This document shows, piece by piece, positions 36,814 to 46,642 of a stretch of 64,000 bases of DNA. Source of the DNA: Alkalispirochaeta sp. (GTDB lineage Bacteria; Spirochaetota; Spirochaetia; DSM-27196; Alkalispirochaetaceae); assembly GCA_965601925.1 (NCBI GenBank), contig OZ271854.1, positions 1,312,001 through 1,376,000 on the forward strand, in the 5' to 3' direction. The notes under the pieces are model-generated. The model saw only the letters and a program-made list of their open reading frames with translations, ran no database searches and was not told the DNA's origin. How positions within the stretch are numbered: position 1 is the stretch's first letter; every line of letters begins with the position of its first letter. A program made the translations under genes and the position numbers.

Positions 36814-37476
36814 GTGAAACACAATCGATACAAGATATACACCGTCGTGACGGCATTCCTTTTTCTCTTGGTAGCGTGTAACCGAGCATCGGATCGCCCC
36901 GAGGCGGTATTGACGACGTATTTGCAGGCCCGATCCGCCTACGTAGCGGGCAACCTCGACGAGGCGACGCGGCGCGTAACGTCGATACTGTCACAGAGTC
37001 CCGATCACGTGCCGTCTCTCGTACTTGCCGGGAGAATCGCTTTTTTTGCGGACGACGTGACCTCCGCCCGGGATTATCTCCAACAGGCTCTGGCCGCGGA
37101 TCCGTACCACGTCGACGCGGCGTGGTGGCTTTCGGAGATATATCTCTCCGAGGGGCGGTTCGAGGAGGCGCGCCCGGTGGTCGAGAATGCATTACTCTCC
37201 GCCTCGGAGGATCCCCGCCTCTTGATTCAACTCGCGCGAATCGACGAGGAGTCCGGCGAGCTGTCGCGAGCGATCGAGTTGTACGAGCGTGCACTATTAT
37301 TTTCCGACCAGCTGGGGTACGGAGCGTTACGTCTCGGTGATCTATACCGACGAGAGGGGTTCGGCGAACGCGCTGCACACTCGTACGAGCACGCAGCACG
37401 CTTACTGTCGGAGAATAGTTCGCTCGCGGCGCTGGCTCGCTCTCGCATACGGGCCACTGCGGGAGGTGATCAATAA
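36814..37476 (+). CDS. TPR-repeat lipoprotein
   Basis: Lipobox-like FLLVAC and several TPR-like repeats; GTG start inferred. Confidence 0.85.
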   Translation: MKHNRYKIYTVVTAFLFLLVACNRASDRPEAVLTTYLQARSAYVAGNLDEATRRVTSILSQSPDHVPSLVLAGRIAFFADDVTSARDYLQQALAADPYHVDAAWWLSEIYLSEGRFEEARPVVENALLSASEDPRLLIQLARIDEESGELSRAIELYERALLFSDQLGYGALRLGDLYRREGFGERAAHSYEHAARLLSENSSLAALARSRIRATAGGDQ

Positions 37477-37958
37477 TGCATACGAAGGCACGGTGCATAC
37501 TCGGCCTCGTAACGGTCTTGGTGTTAAGCGGTTGCCGCATACTACAACCGAACATCGTCGAGGCGGGATTTCGCGATCCGGTCATTGTCGAGCAATTGGA
37601 CGCAATCCGCGTCGAGCCTCGGCGCATCGATATTCACGGGTTCGTCGGCGACGAGACCATGCGGGACCATAGTCAGGTAATTATCGATCAACTCGTGCGC
37701 AACGCGAATGTGGAGGCACCGGAGAGCCCGGTCGCCATCGTCGACGCGGTGTTGCGCCAGGATCGTTACGTACGAGAATATCGCGAACGGTTTGCAGTGA
37801 CCGTGGAGTTATCGGTCTACTTAGACGAAGACTCGGCGACACCCGCTGCGACGATGATTCGCACCATCGATACCGATACGCCGGCACGATCCTATCGCTT
37901 TTTGTATCGGCAGTACGAGCATGCGTTTGGCGCACTGTTTGGCCGGCGAGTACGGTAA
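37476..37958 (+). CDS. Hypothetical lipoprotein
   Basis: GGAGG RBS; lipobox LVLSGC; TAATG translational coupling. Confidence 0.8.
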   Translation: MHTKARCILGLVTVLVLSGCRILQPNIVEAGFRDPVIVEQLDAIRVEPRRIDIHGFVGDETMRDHSQVIIDQLVRNANVEAPESPVAIVDAVLRQDRYVREYRERFAVTVELSVYLDEDSATPAATMIRTIDTDTPARSYRFLYRQYEHAFGALFGRRVR

Positions 37959-39357
37959 GTTAGCCGTCGTCGGCCTCTTTGTCGTGTGCGGCGTGGTTTC
38001 TCATTCCGTCGACGCACAATCGCAGCCGCTGCAAATTCTCACGGTAGACGATGCAATCGATCGCGCGCTCGCCGAGAGTAGCGATCTCCAACTCGCGCGT
38101 CTGACTACATCGCTCAGCGCCGATGCGGTTAGACGCGACGTACTGTCGATTCTTCCCACGATCGAGGTCTCGTATCTCGATTCACGATCGGTGACGGAGG
38201 CGGGGCCGGACACATATCAACGAACGCTTTCGGTCGGTGTCGATCAGATCATCTACGACAATCGTACCTACATCAACCAACGACGATTTTCGCGCGCCGA
38301 CCTTAGTCTGGCGACGCGTGCGTTGACCAACGACGAAAACGCACTCGCCATTCAAGTATTGGAACAGGTGATCGCCTCGGTGCGGCTTCGCCGGGAAATC
38401 GCGATCGAACGCGTCATCCTGGAGAACCTGTACGACCAACTACGAATCGCAACCGAGGAACGTCGTCTGGGAATCATCACCGAGCTGGACAGACTGGATG
38501 TGGCGATCCGCGTCGCCGAGTTCGAACAGAGCCTGACACTTCGCGAGCTTGAGCGCGACGAGACCCGCTTCGCCCTCAATCAACTCCTGGGGTATCCCCC
38601 GCGAACCGAGGTCGCGTTTACCGAAGATATCGACGAAGGATTCTCCGGCTTCCTCGACAATCTCGATCCTCAGTGGTATCTGGAACAGGCGACGGTAAAC
38701 AATCTCGATCTGGCGAGGAGCCGTTTGGCGTTGGAGCAGCAAGGCGCCGAGATAAGTGCGCTGCGTCGCCGCTGGATCCCGCTTATCTCGGCGGGTGCCG
38801 ACGTGAGTTTCAGCGGGGATGAGCTGCCGCTCACCGATCCCGGATACTCGGTCGACGTTACGTTGCGCTGGGACCTTCCGCTGGCGCCGAGCGACATCGA
38901 TCTCTCGGCCGGACGGCAGGCGCCCCGAACCCGAAATGCGAGTGCCGGCGTCACAACTACCGTGAACGGCACCGGCGACGACCTCGCGAGCGCCCGCGCG
39001 GTCAGAATCGAGGCTCTGCGTACGCGCACGCAAATCGACGCCTCCGAAGAGGCGCTCGACTTCCAGATAGAGCGTTCGATTCGCCAGATCGAGGGTAGTC
39101 GCGTCCTTCTGGAATCCTTGCGAGAGCGTCTCAATCTCGAGTCACAGCGTCTTGAGGTATCCGAGCTTCTATTGGACTTGGGGCGACTCACGCGGGTCGA
39201 CTACGTCGATGCGATCGTATCCCGGGCGGAGCTCGAGTTGAGCCTCGTCGACAGCCTCGTCGAACTATTTCTCCAGGAGACGGCGTTGCTGCAACTGGCC
39301 GGAGTAGCAATATCGCCGTCTCAATATCGCCGTCTGATTCGGAGTATCGAAGAATGA
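37921..39357 (+). CDS. TolC-family outer membrane protein
   Basis: LTVDDAIDRAL...LP, GIITELD, GRLTRVD two-repeat OEP-like pattern; next to an MFP. Confidence 0.85.
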   Translation: MRLAHCLAGEYGKLAVVGLFVVCGVVSHSVDAQSQPLQILTVDDAIDRALAESSDLQLARLTTSLSADAVRRDVLSILPTIEVSYLDSRSVTEAGPDTYQRTLSVGVDQIIYDNRTYINQRRFSRADLSLATRALTNDENALAIQVLEQVIASVRLRREIAIERVILENLYDQLRIATEERRLGIITELDRLDVAIRVAEFEQSLTLRELERDETRFALNQLLGYPPRTEVAFTEDIDEGFSGFLDNLDPQWYLEQATVNNLDLARSRLALEQQGAEISALRRRWIPLISAGADVSFSGDELPLTDPGYSVDVTLRWDLPLAPSDIDLSAGRQAPRTRNASAGVTTTVNGTGDDLASARAVRIEALRTRTQIDASEEALDFQIERSIRQIEGSRVLLESLRERLNLESQRLEVSELLLDLGRLTRVDYVDAIVSRAELELSLVDSLVELFLQETALLQLAGVAISPSQYRRLIRSIEE

Positions 39358-40724
39358 GTATCCCACGAGTCCGTCTATGGCGACTGCCGGTGGTCGCCGT
39401 CTGCGCTACTCTGCTTTCCTGCGCCCAAACTCAGGACGAGCCGGTAGCCGTCGAAGCGCGTGAGAACCTCCCTCGCGTACGAGTGATCACCGTCACCGAG
39501 CGTCGTTTCAGCAATGAGTTCCGCGGATTCGGTACCATAGCCCAGCGACGATCCACGGACATAACCGGTGAAGTCGAGGGGCAGATCCTCCGCATGTTCG
39601 TCGACGAAGGGAGCCGCGTAGCGATCGGTACGCCGATCGCCCGCATCGACGACTTCCAGCTGCGGGTGTCGCTGGATCAGGCGAATGCGGAGTTGGAGTC
39701 GGCGTCCGCACAACTGGCGCTTGCCGAGCAGCGCATCGCCGACGGACGACGCGCCGTCGAGGCGGAGCTCATCGCGATCGATAAGGCCCGCGAATCGATG
39801 CACGAGCAGGAAGCGCGCTTGGAGCGGTCTCGCGAACGGCTGGCCGACCAGGATCAGCTGCTGGTAGTCGGAGGAACGACCGAGGAGGCCTACACCGAGG
39901 CGCAGAGCTCGGTTCGCAGCGCCGAGGCGCAGCTCCGGCAGGCCGAGCTCGATGTGGCGCTTCAGCGAATCGGCTATCGCGATCGCGACATCCGAGCGGC
40001 GGGGCGAGTCGTCCCGAGCGACGAGGCGGAGCGAATCGAGGCGCTGATAGAGATCAACACCGCGTCGTTGGTGGCCGAGCGGTTGGTTGCCGAGGCGCGA
40101 ACATCGGTGAACGAGGCCGAAATACGGCGCATAGAGGCGTTTTTGGATCGGACGATCGTGCGTTCTCCGGTTGCGGGTCTGGTCGCGGTGCGCCACGTGG
40201 AGGAGGGCGAGCAAGTCGACTCGCGCACGCCGCTGGTGACGATCTTCAATATCGAGGATGTGTACGTAATGGTGGATCTACCGGAGCGCGATATCGGGAC
40301 GGTCTCAATCGGACAGTCGGCGGTCGTGCGCCATTCCGATCGCGATCTCGAGCGAGCCGGTGTGGTCTCTCTCATCACCCCCTTCGTTGCACCCGATACG
40401 CGCACCGTCACCGTTCGCCTTCTGATGGAAAACGCAGACGGCGCGTTTGTCCCCGGAATGTTCGTCGAGACGGTCATCGAACGCGGAGGCACCTTTTCGA
40501 CGACCGCCGTCCCCTCGGGCGCGGTAGTCGACGAAGGCGCGGAGGGCCCGCGTGTGTTCGTCGTGCGGTCCGTAGCGGTATTCGCCCAGCCGGTAGAGGT
40601 CGGTGCGGTCGAGGACGGATGGCGTGCGGTCCTCGACGGCTTGGAACCGGGCGATCGCGTCGTCGAGGACGCGGGTACCGGATTCCGCGACGGCACGAGG
40701 ATTACCCCGATCGAAGAGCGATGA
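39354..40724 (+). CDS. RND periplasmic adaptor (membrane fusion protein) with long hairpin
   Basis: Lipobox LLSC; VDEGSRVAIG, IVRSPVAG, FVPGMF, GLEPGDRVV motifs. Confidence 0.92.
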   Translation: MSIPRVRLWRLPVVAVCATLLSCAQTQDEPVAVEARENLPRVRVITVTERRFSNEFRGFGTIAQRRSTDITGEVEGQILRMFVDEGSRVAIGTPIARIDDFQLRVSLDQANAELESASAQLALAEQRIADGRRAVEAELIAIDKARESMHEQEARLERSRERLADQDQLLVVGGTTEEAYTEAQSSVRSAEAQLRQAELDVALQRIGYRDRDIRAAGRVVPSDEAERIEALIEINTASLVAERLVAEARTSVNEAEIRRIEAFLDRTIVRSPVAGLVAVRHVEEGEQVDSRTPLVTIFNIEDVYVMVDLPERDIGTVSIGQSAVVRHSDRDLERAGVVSLITPFVAPDTRTVTVRLLMENADGAFVPGMFVETVIERGGTFSTTAVPSGAVVDEGAEGPRVFVVRSVAVFAQPVEVGAVEDGWRAVLDGLEPGDRVVEDAGTGFRDGTRITPIEER

Positions 40725-42211
40725 CGGCCGAAAGGAGATACCGTTTGTCGAAAAGGAAATACATACGTATAGCACTTTCGATACTCGTCGTCGTAGTTGC
40801 GAGCTGCAATGTATTGGATCTCGGGTCGGGCGTGGGATACGTCGTATACCCGTCGACCTACGAGGCGATATTGGGGGCCGCCGAGCAGCCCGCGATCTCG
40901 TTCGACGCCGGAGTCGATCGCACGAGCGTCGAGGCGATCTTCCAGGTGGAGGACGGCACGGGTCCGTTGAGTGGTGTGTACGACTGGGACGGAAACACCG
41001 TCGCGTTTCGCGCCGAACCGGCGCTGGAATCGGGTGAACGGTATACGCTCACCTTCTCAGGCGTGTTTCGTTCGTCGTCGGGTCGCGAGCACGACGTCGC
41101 CAACGTCGTGCCGTTTTACATGGAGACATCCGATAGCGATGCGCTGGAGGTGATACGCGTCGAACCCGCCTCGGGATCGACAATCGGACGCGACGATACG
41201 ATCCGCATCGTGTTTTCCGTACTTCCCGAGCAGACGGCGCTTGAAGAGCGCATCAGCTTCAGCCCGTTGAGTAGCCCGATACTGGAGCGTGACGAGGCGA
41301 CAAGCTCGGTCGTGCTCCGATCGGATGATCCGTGGGAGAACGGTACGACCTATCAGTTGCGCATCGGAGCCGAGTTGGCGGCGGCGGACTCTCGCCCTCT
41401 GACCGAAGCGTACGAGGCGACATATCTTTCCCAAGACGACGAGCAACGTCCTGCGATCGAATCGATCGTCGCGGTGACGAACGAATTGGCGGGCGGCTAT
41501 CCGGCCCTTGCCGGATCGCTGAGCGTCGTACTCGGCCCCGAAGACGGTATCGCGATTACCTTCTCCGAGGACATGGACCGCACCGAGACCCAGGATGCGG
41601 TATCCGTCTTTCCCCTCTCGTCGATAACGACGACGTGGTTCACCGAGCGGCGACTGATCGTGTTTCCGCCGGAGCCGTGGGATCCCGAAGTCGACTACGT
41701 CCTCTCGATCGCCGATACCGCCGTCGATATTCGCAACAACGCCCTCGCCGCCGGTACGACCGTTCCGTTCCGGACGGCTCCGCGTCCCGATGTCGAAATC
41801 ACCGCCGAGATCATCGATGTCGACGCTCCGCCGTCGCAGATCGTGAACGACGCGGCGTTCAGTAACAACACGCCGATACTAATCGACGCCGGCCTGGTTC
41901 CCGGCTCCATTCAGGTACGCATCACCTTCACGAACGGAGAGTTCGATACCGACGAAGACCGCTCCGAGATTTCCGACTCGATCAATATTCAAGCCGCCTT
42001 CCCACCCGATATCGGGAGTCCCATACGAACCGGTTTGACATGGGAGTCCTCAACCTCCGTTCTTCTGCAGTACGAGGGGTTCGAGGCGACGACGGACGCG
42101 AGCGAGCCGAATTACTTCTGGCTCATCGTGGGAAGCGGTGCACCGATCAGAGCCTCCAACGGCGCAATTCTTCGCGAAGAGCGCCGGCAACTCATGGAGG
42201 AGGAGCCGTGA
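40721..42211 (+). CDS. Ig-like (Big_5/SbsA-type) repeat lipoprotein
   Basis: VVASC lipobox-like; repeated I-x-F-S...F-x-P...Y-x-L-x-I modules. Confidence 0.8.
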   Translation: MTAERRYRLSKRKYIRIALSILVVVVASCNVLDLGSGVGYVVYPSTYEAILGAAEQPAISFDAGVDRTSVEAIFQVEDGTGPLSGVYDWDGNTVAFRAEPALESGERYTLTFSGVFRSSSGREHDVANVVPFYMETSDSDALEVIRVEPASGSTIGRDDTIRIVFSVLPEQTALEERISFSPLSSPILERDEATSSVVLRSDDPWENGTTYQLRIGAELAAADSRPLTEAYEATYLSQDDEQRPAIESIVAVTNELAGGYPALAGSLSVVLGPEDGIAITFSEDMDRTETQDAVSVFPLSSITTTWFTERRLIVFPPEPWDPEVDYVLSIADTAVDIRNNALAAGTTVPFRTAPRPDVEITAEIIDVDAPPSQIVNDAAFSNNTPILIDAGLVPGSIQVRITFTNGEFDTDEDRSEISDSINIQAAFPPDIGSPIRTGLTWESSTSVLLQYEGFEATTDASEPNYFWLIVGSGAPIRASNGAILREERRQLMEEEP

Positions 42212-43650
42212 CGCGCGGTACGAGATCGGCGGCGATCGTTTTGCTCGTACTGATATCTCTATCGGGGTGTCAAATCTACAACGAATGGGAAGATATGAAT
42301 CCGGTAACGGTGGACGCCGCGTTGAATGAAGAGGACGGAGTGATCGCCCTCTCATTTTCCGCCGCGATGGATCGCGCCCGGACGGAGGATGCGATCGAGG
42401 TGCGCCGAGACGGTTCGGTTGTGTTATCGCAGAACGCGTGGACGCAGGGTGCACGGACTTTGACGCTGTCACCCGACGGCGGCATCGAGACCAACGACGT
42501 CATCGTCCTCTCGGTGGAGACCTCGGCGGAGGATCAATACGGAAACTCCCTGGCGGAACGATACGAGCGTACATTTGATTTGCGAGCGGAGACCGATCGC
42601 CCCTTCGTCGTCTCGGTGTCCCCCGACAGCCGGCTCCTCGTCACCGATCTGACGACCGAGATCGTGATAACCGCGTCGGAGTCGCTGGACAGAGAGACGG
42701 TGTTCAACGGTATCTCCATCAGCCCGGACCCCGGATACCTCCTTCTTTTCGATAGCGACGACGCGATCGTTCGCATCCGGCCGAATACACGGCTCGAGCG
42801 GGATACGCGCTACACGATCACCGTCGACACGTCGGTCCGCGATACGGCGGGAAACACGTTTGCCGAGCGTTGGGAGTCGAGCTTTCGGACGGCGGCGGAG
42901 ATCGAACAAGCGGTCGAGTCGGTGCAACTCATACGAACCGGCGAGTTTTTGAGCGACGATACGACGCAATTCATCAACAACACCGCCGGGCTCTCCTTTG
43001 AAAAGGACGACTCGTTTCAGGTTCGCTTTGTCGGGCCTGTTGACGAGTCCGAGCGCGCGTCGGCAATTAGCGTCACGCCCTCGGCCGGAGCCGAGTTCAG
43101 CTGGAACGCCGCGCTGGATACGGCGGTAGTCTCGTTCTCCGAGTCCTTGACGTGGAATACGGAGTACACACTCAACGCCGCCGATACGCGATATCGGTTT
43201 GTTATCGACGGCGCCGCATCGCAGCCGCCCTCGATCGCGCACGTGGTGTTCATTCCGGATATCGACGCGGTGCCGCCCTCATACCCAGTGGCGGAGTTCG
43301 GGAGCGCACTCACGTTCTCTCCGAATCCGGTGGTTCAAAGCGCCTTCGACGTATACGTCGATCGAGCCGCCGGCGCATCGCTGGTGTTCGGGTCGGTGCT
43401 GTCGGCGTTCTCGCTGAGTGCGAGCAATGCCGCGGTCGCCATCGACCTCGATCGAGTCGAAATCGACCCGACCGCCCCGCCCTCGGATCCGGTTCCGGAT
43501 GCCCAGCAAACGGTGGTACGTTTCGTCGGTAACTTCACGAAGGCCGGCGGCACCGACGGCATCGTCACCCTGGAGCTCTCCACCGATCTGGAAGATGATC
43601 TCGGCAACTTCCTCGCGGAACTCTATCGGTTATCCGTAAATGCAGAATAA
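42208..43650 (+). CDS. Second Ig-like (Big_5/SbsA-type) repeat lipoprotein
   Basis: GGAGGAG RBS and GTG start; LSGC lipobox; LSFSAAMD, YTITVDTSVRDTAGN modules. Confidence 0.8.
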   Translation: MTRGTRSAAIVLLVLISLSGCQIYNEWEDMNPVTVDAALNEEDGVIALSFSAAMDRARTEDAIEVRRDGSVVLSQNAWTQGARTLTLSPDGGIETNDVIVLSVETSAEDQYGNSLAERYERTFDLRAETDRPFVVSVSPDSRLLVTDLTTEIVITASESLDRETVFNGISISPDPGYLLLFDSDDAIVRIRPNTRLERDTRYTITVDTSVRDTAGNTFAERWESSFRTAAEIEQAVESVQLIRTGEFLSDDTTQFINNTAGLSFEKDDSFQVRFVGPVDESERASAISVTPSAGAEFSWNAALDTAVVSFSESLTWNTEYTLNAADTRYRFVIDGAASQPPSIAHVVFIPDIDAVPPSYPVAEFGSALTFSPNPVVQSAFDVYVDRAAGASLVFGSVLSAFSLSASNAAVAIDLDRVEIDPTAPPSDPVPDAQQTVVRFVGNFTKAGGTDGIVTLELSTDLEDDLGNFLAELYRLSVNAE

Positions 43651-46642
43651 ATCTACCGCCACGTCCGTTCTCGAACGGCTCTTCGCCCATCCCCTTTCGA
43701 TCGTGATGGTGGCGCTCGCGGTCGTCCTGATGGGTGGTGCCGCGGCAACTCAGATTGAGATCGCGCCGCTTCCCGACGTCGAGCTGCCGAACATCCTGAT
43801 TATCACCGCCCTCGAAGGCCTGCCCGCCGAGGAGATAGAACGGCTCGTGACGGTGCCGATGGAGTCGGCGCTCTCGGGTATTCAAGGGGTCGAGCACGTT
43901 CGATCGATGAGCATTCGAGGGGTGTCGCGCATCGAGTTGGAGCTGGCGTGGGGCTCCGATCCGCAGTCGATCGCGCTCGATGTCCGTCGTGCGGCGGGGC
44001 TCGGATTTGCGTCCCTTCCCGACCGCGCGGAGCTTCCGTTGGTGATTACGCGATCCATCGCGGAGACTCCCGATTTCGTCATTGCACTCATCCCGAGAAC
44101 CGATGAGTCGCCGGACCGCCTCTATCGCGCCGTCGAGACGCAGGTGCTTCCCGCATTCAGAACTCATACCACCGTGGGTAGACTGCGCTCGGCGGGGGCG
44201 TGGCGTCCCGAGGTGCACGTCGAAATCGATCCCGATGCGGCGGCGGCGCTCGATATCGGTACGACGACGATCGCCTCGTTGATCTCGTCGTCGGTCTTCG
44301 ATTTACCGGTAGGGACACTCCGCGAACGCGACCGGGAGATAACACTCACGGCGTCCACGGGCGTCAATACGGTAGCCGATATCGCGGCCCTTCCGATCCC
44401 GAGCGATTCGCCCAGTATTCAACGCCGTCTCGGCGACATTGCTCGTATACGTCTCAACGCGGAACCGGCCACGGGAGCCGTCGTCGTGGACGGAGCGCCG
44501 GCCGTGGTGGTCGAGGTGTATCGATCCGATCGAGCGAGTGTCTTGGCCCTCACGCGCGACGCCTACGCCGCCGTCGGTGAGATTCGACGCAGATTGGGTG
44601 AGCGCGTGGAAATCGCGGTACTTCGCGACGCCGGAAGCGCACTCGGTAGCTTGGTCCGCGGAACGGCGACGGCGTTGGCGATCGGAATAGCGGTAGTGAC
44701 ACTGTTGGTTTCCGCCGGAACGCGCAGTGCGTCACTCGCGACGGCCGTGCTGGCGATACTGCCGGTATCGATTTTCGGTACCATATTCGTGCTGTTTCTC
44801 GGCGAGTTCACCCTCAACACGGTATCGATAACCGGATTCGCCGTCGGATTGGGATTGGTCGTGGACGGCGGAATCATCGTCGTCAACGCCATTCGCCGCG
44901 ACGCTCCGCTGCGCGGCGCCGCCGAGGTCGCCGCGGCGGTGGGAGGTGTGCTTCCGTCGCTCTTCGGATCGATGGTCACGACGATACTCGTGTTCATACC
45001 GGCGATTCTCGTGCCGGGCCGTTTCGGTGCCCTCGTCGCCGAGTTCGTGGTAGTAATCGCCTCGCTTCTCGCGTGGGCGTTTGTGTGCGCAGCCGTACTC
45101 ACTCCGGCGGTCGCTATGTTATCGGGCGTCGATGCGCGCGGTGGGACGCGTGAACGTCGCCGACGGACGCCGGGATCGCGGTTCCAACCTGCGATCAAGA
45201 CGATCTCCTCCGCGGCGAGAGTCCATTGGAAGGCGACACTGTCGGTGATGACGCTCGTCACGGCAGTCGGCGCGGCGCTCATTACCGTCGTCCCGCGCGA
45301 GTTGACGCCGTTTGTGCTGCAAGATCGTGTATCCGGCGAATTGTGGCTTGAGCCGCGCACGACGATCGAGGACGCGAGAGCCGTCGCCGCCTCGATTACC
45401 GAGGAGCTGTCGTCGCTTCCATGGGTCGACCACGCACGCGCCGACATCGGGGTAGTGGCGGATACCCTCGAGGAACGTTCGCGAAGTTTGAACGATCGTA
45501 GTATCGTCCACCTACATATCACCCGCGCTTCTGCCGAACGAGTAACCGAGAGCAGAGTCCGCTCGGACGTCATGCGCATATTCAGCCGATTCGATCCTCT
45601 GTACTCGATCGTGTATCTGCCGCCCGATAGCGTTCAATCCGCGTTGGGCGACACCCCGGTAACGTCGGCGTTGCTTTCGGCGGACTCGAGGTCCGAACTG
45701 GACGGATCGATCACAACGGTGTTGACGGATCTCGGTTCGGTATGGACGCCTCTCACGGAGCGAATGGAGGCGCAAACGGTACTCAACTTCGATACCGATC
45801 GTGTCGCGTTATTGAATCTGGCTCCCGCAACCGTGTTGGAGGAGGTGAACACCGCAGTCGACGGACGGGTGGTCGCCTCGATCGGTGAGGCGACGGATCT
45901 CCTCCCGATTCGGGTACTGCTGGACCCGGACGCGCTCGCCGGGACCGACTCGGTTGCCGAGATTCAGGTACCTGCGGGACAATCGGGCCGGACGGTCGAA
46001 GTGTCGTCGGTAGTCGACTTCGGAAATCGGCTCGCGTTACGGGAACTGAGACGAGTCGACGGCCGTCCGGCGACGATATTTCGCGCCGCCGGCCGCGTCA
46101 CGCCGCGGAGCTCTGCGCCGGTGACGGTCGAGGGTGATATCGATGAGCAAATGCGCTCCTTGGCCGCCATTTCAGCGATTGCACTCATATTGGTGTACTT
46201 GGTGTTGGGCGCCCAGTTCGCCTCCGTACGCCTCCCGCTCTTTTGCCTGGTCGCCATTCCACTCTCGCTTCCCGGCTCGGTGGGCCTCATGCTCGCGGCG
46301 GGCATTTCCATCAACCTCTACTCCATGATCGGGCTACTGGTGGTGATAGGTACGACGATAAACGCCGCCATTCTCTTGATCGCGGAGTTTCGTTCGGCAT
46401 CCAGGCCGCCGGAGGAGATCGTCGCCGAGCGCGCACGAACCGTCGCGATGACCGTGACGACGTCGATCGCCACCGTTCTCCCGATCGTCCTCTCCCGCTC
46501 TCCGGAGACCATTCTTCAAAGACACACCGCTATGCCGATCGTGGGCGGATTGTTATTCGGAACGGTGTGCGTGGTAGCGACCTTTGCGGTGTTTGCACGC
46601 TGGATATCACGTCCCGGTTATTCGGAGCCGGAGGGCCGGTGA
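43640..46642 (+). CDS. RND (AcrB/AcrD/AcrF-family) permease subunit 1
   Basis: PAEEIERLVTVPME, GLVVDGGII, LGAQFAS, AIPLSL motifs; 1000 aa. Confidence 0.9.
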   Translation: MQNKSTATSVLERLFAHPLSIVMVALAVVLMGGAAATQIEIAPLPDVELPNILIITALEGLPAEEIERLVTVPMESALSGIQGVEHVRSMSIRGVSRIELELAWGSDPQSIALDVRRAAGLGFASLPDRAELPLVITRSIAETPDFVIALIPRTDESPDRLYRAVETQVLPAFRTHTTVGRLRSAGAWRPEVHVEIDPDAAAALDIGTTTIASLISSSVFDLPVGTLRERDREITLTASTGVNTVADIAALPIPSDSPSIQRRLGDIARIRLNAEPATGAVVVDGAPAVVVEVYRSDRASVLALTRDAYAAVGEIRRRLGERVEIAVLRDAGSALGSLVRGTATALAIGIAVVTLLVSAGTRSASLATAVLAILPVSIFGTIFVLFLGEFTLNTVSITGFAVGLGLVVDGGIIVVNAIRRDAPLRGAAEVAAAVGGVLPSLFGSMVTTILVFIPAILVPGRFGALVAEFVVVIASLLAWAFVCAAVLTPAVAMLSGVDARGGTRERRRRTPGSRFQPAIKTISSAARVHWKATLSVMTLVTAVGAALITVVPRELTPFVLQDRVSGELWLEPRTTIEDARAVAASITEELSSLPWVDHARADIGVVADTLEERSRSLNDRSIVHLHITRASAERVTESRVRSDVMRIFSRFDPLYSIVYLPPDSVQSALGDTPVTSALLSADSRSELDGSITTVLTDLGSVWTPLTERMEAQTVLNFDTDRVALLNLAPATVLEEVNTAVDGRVVASIGEATDLLPIRVLLDPDALAGTDSVAEIQVPAGQSGRTVEVSSVVDFGNRLALRELRRVDGRPATIFRAAGRVTPRSSAPVTVEGDIDEQMRSLAAISAIALILVYLVLGAQFASVRLPLFCLVAIPLSLPGSVGLMLAAGISINLYSMIGLLVVIGTTINAAILLIAEFRSASRPPEEIVAERARTVAMTVTTSIATVLPIVLSRSPETILQRHTAMPIVGGLLFGTVCVVATFAVFARWISRPGYSEPEGR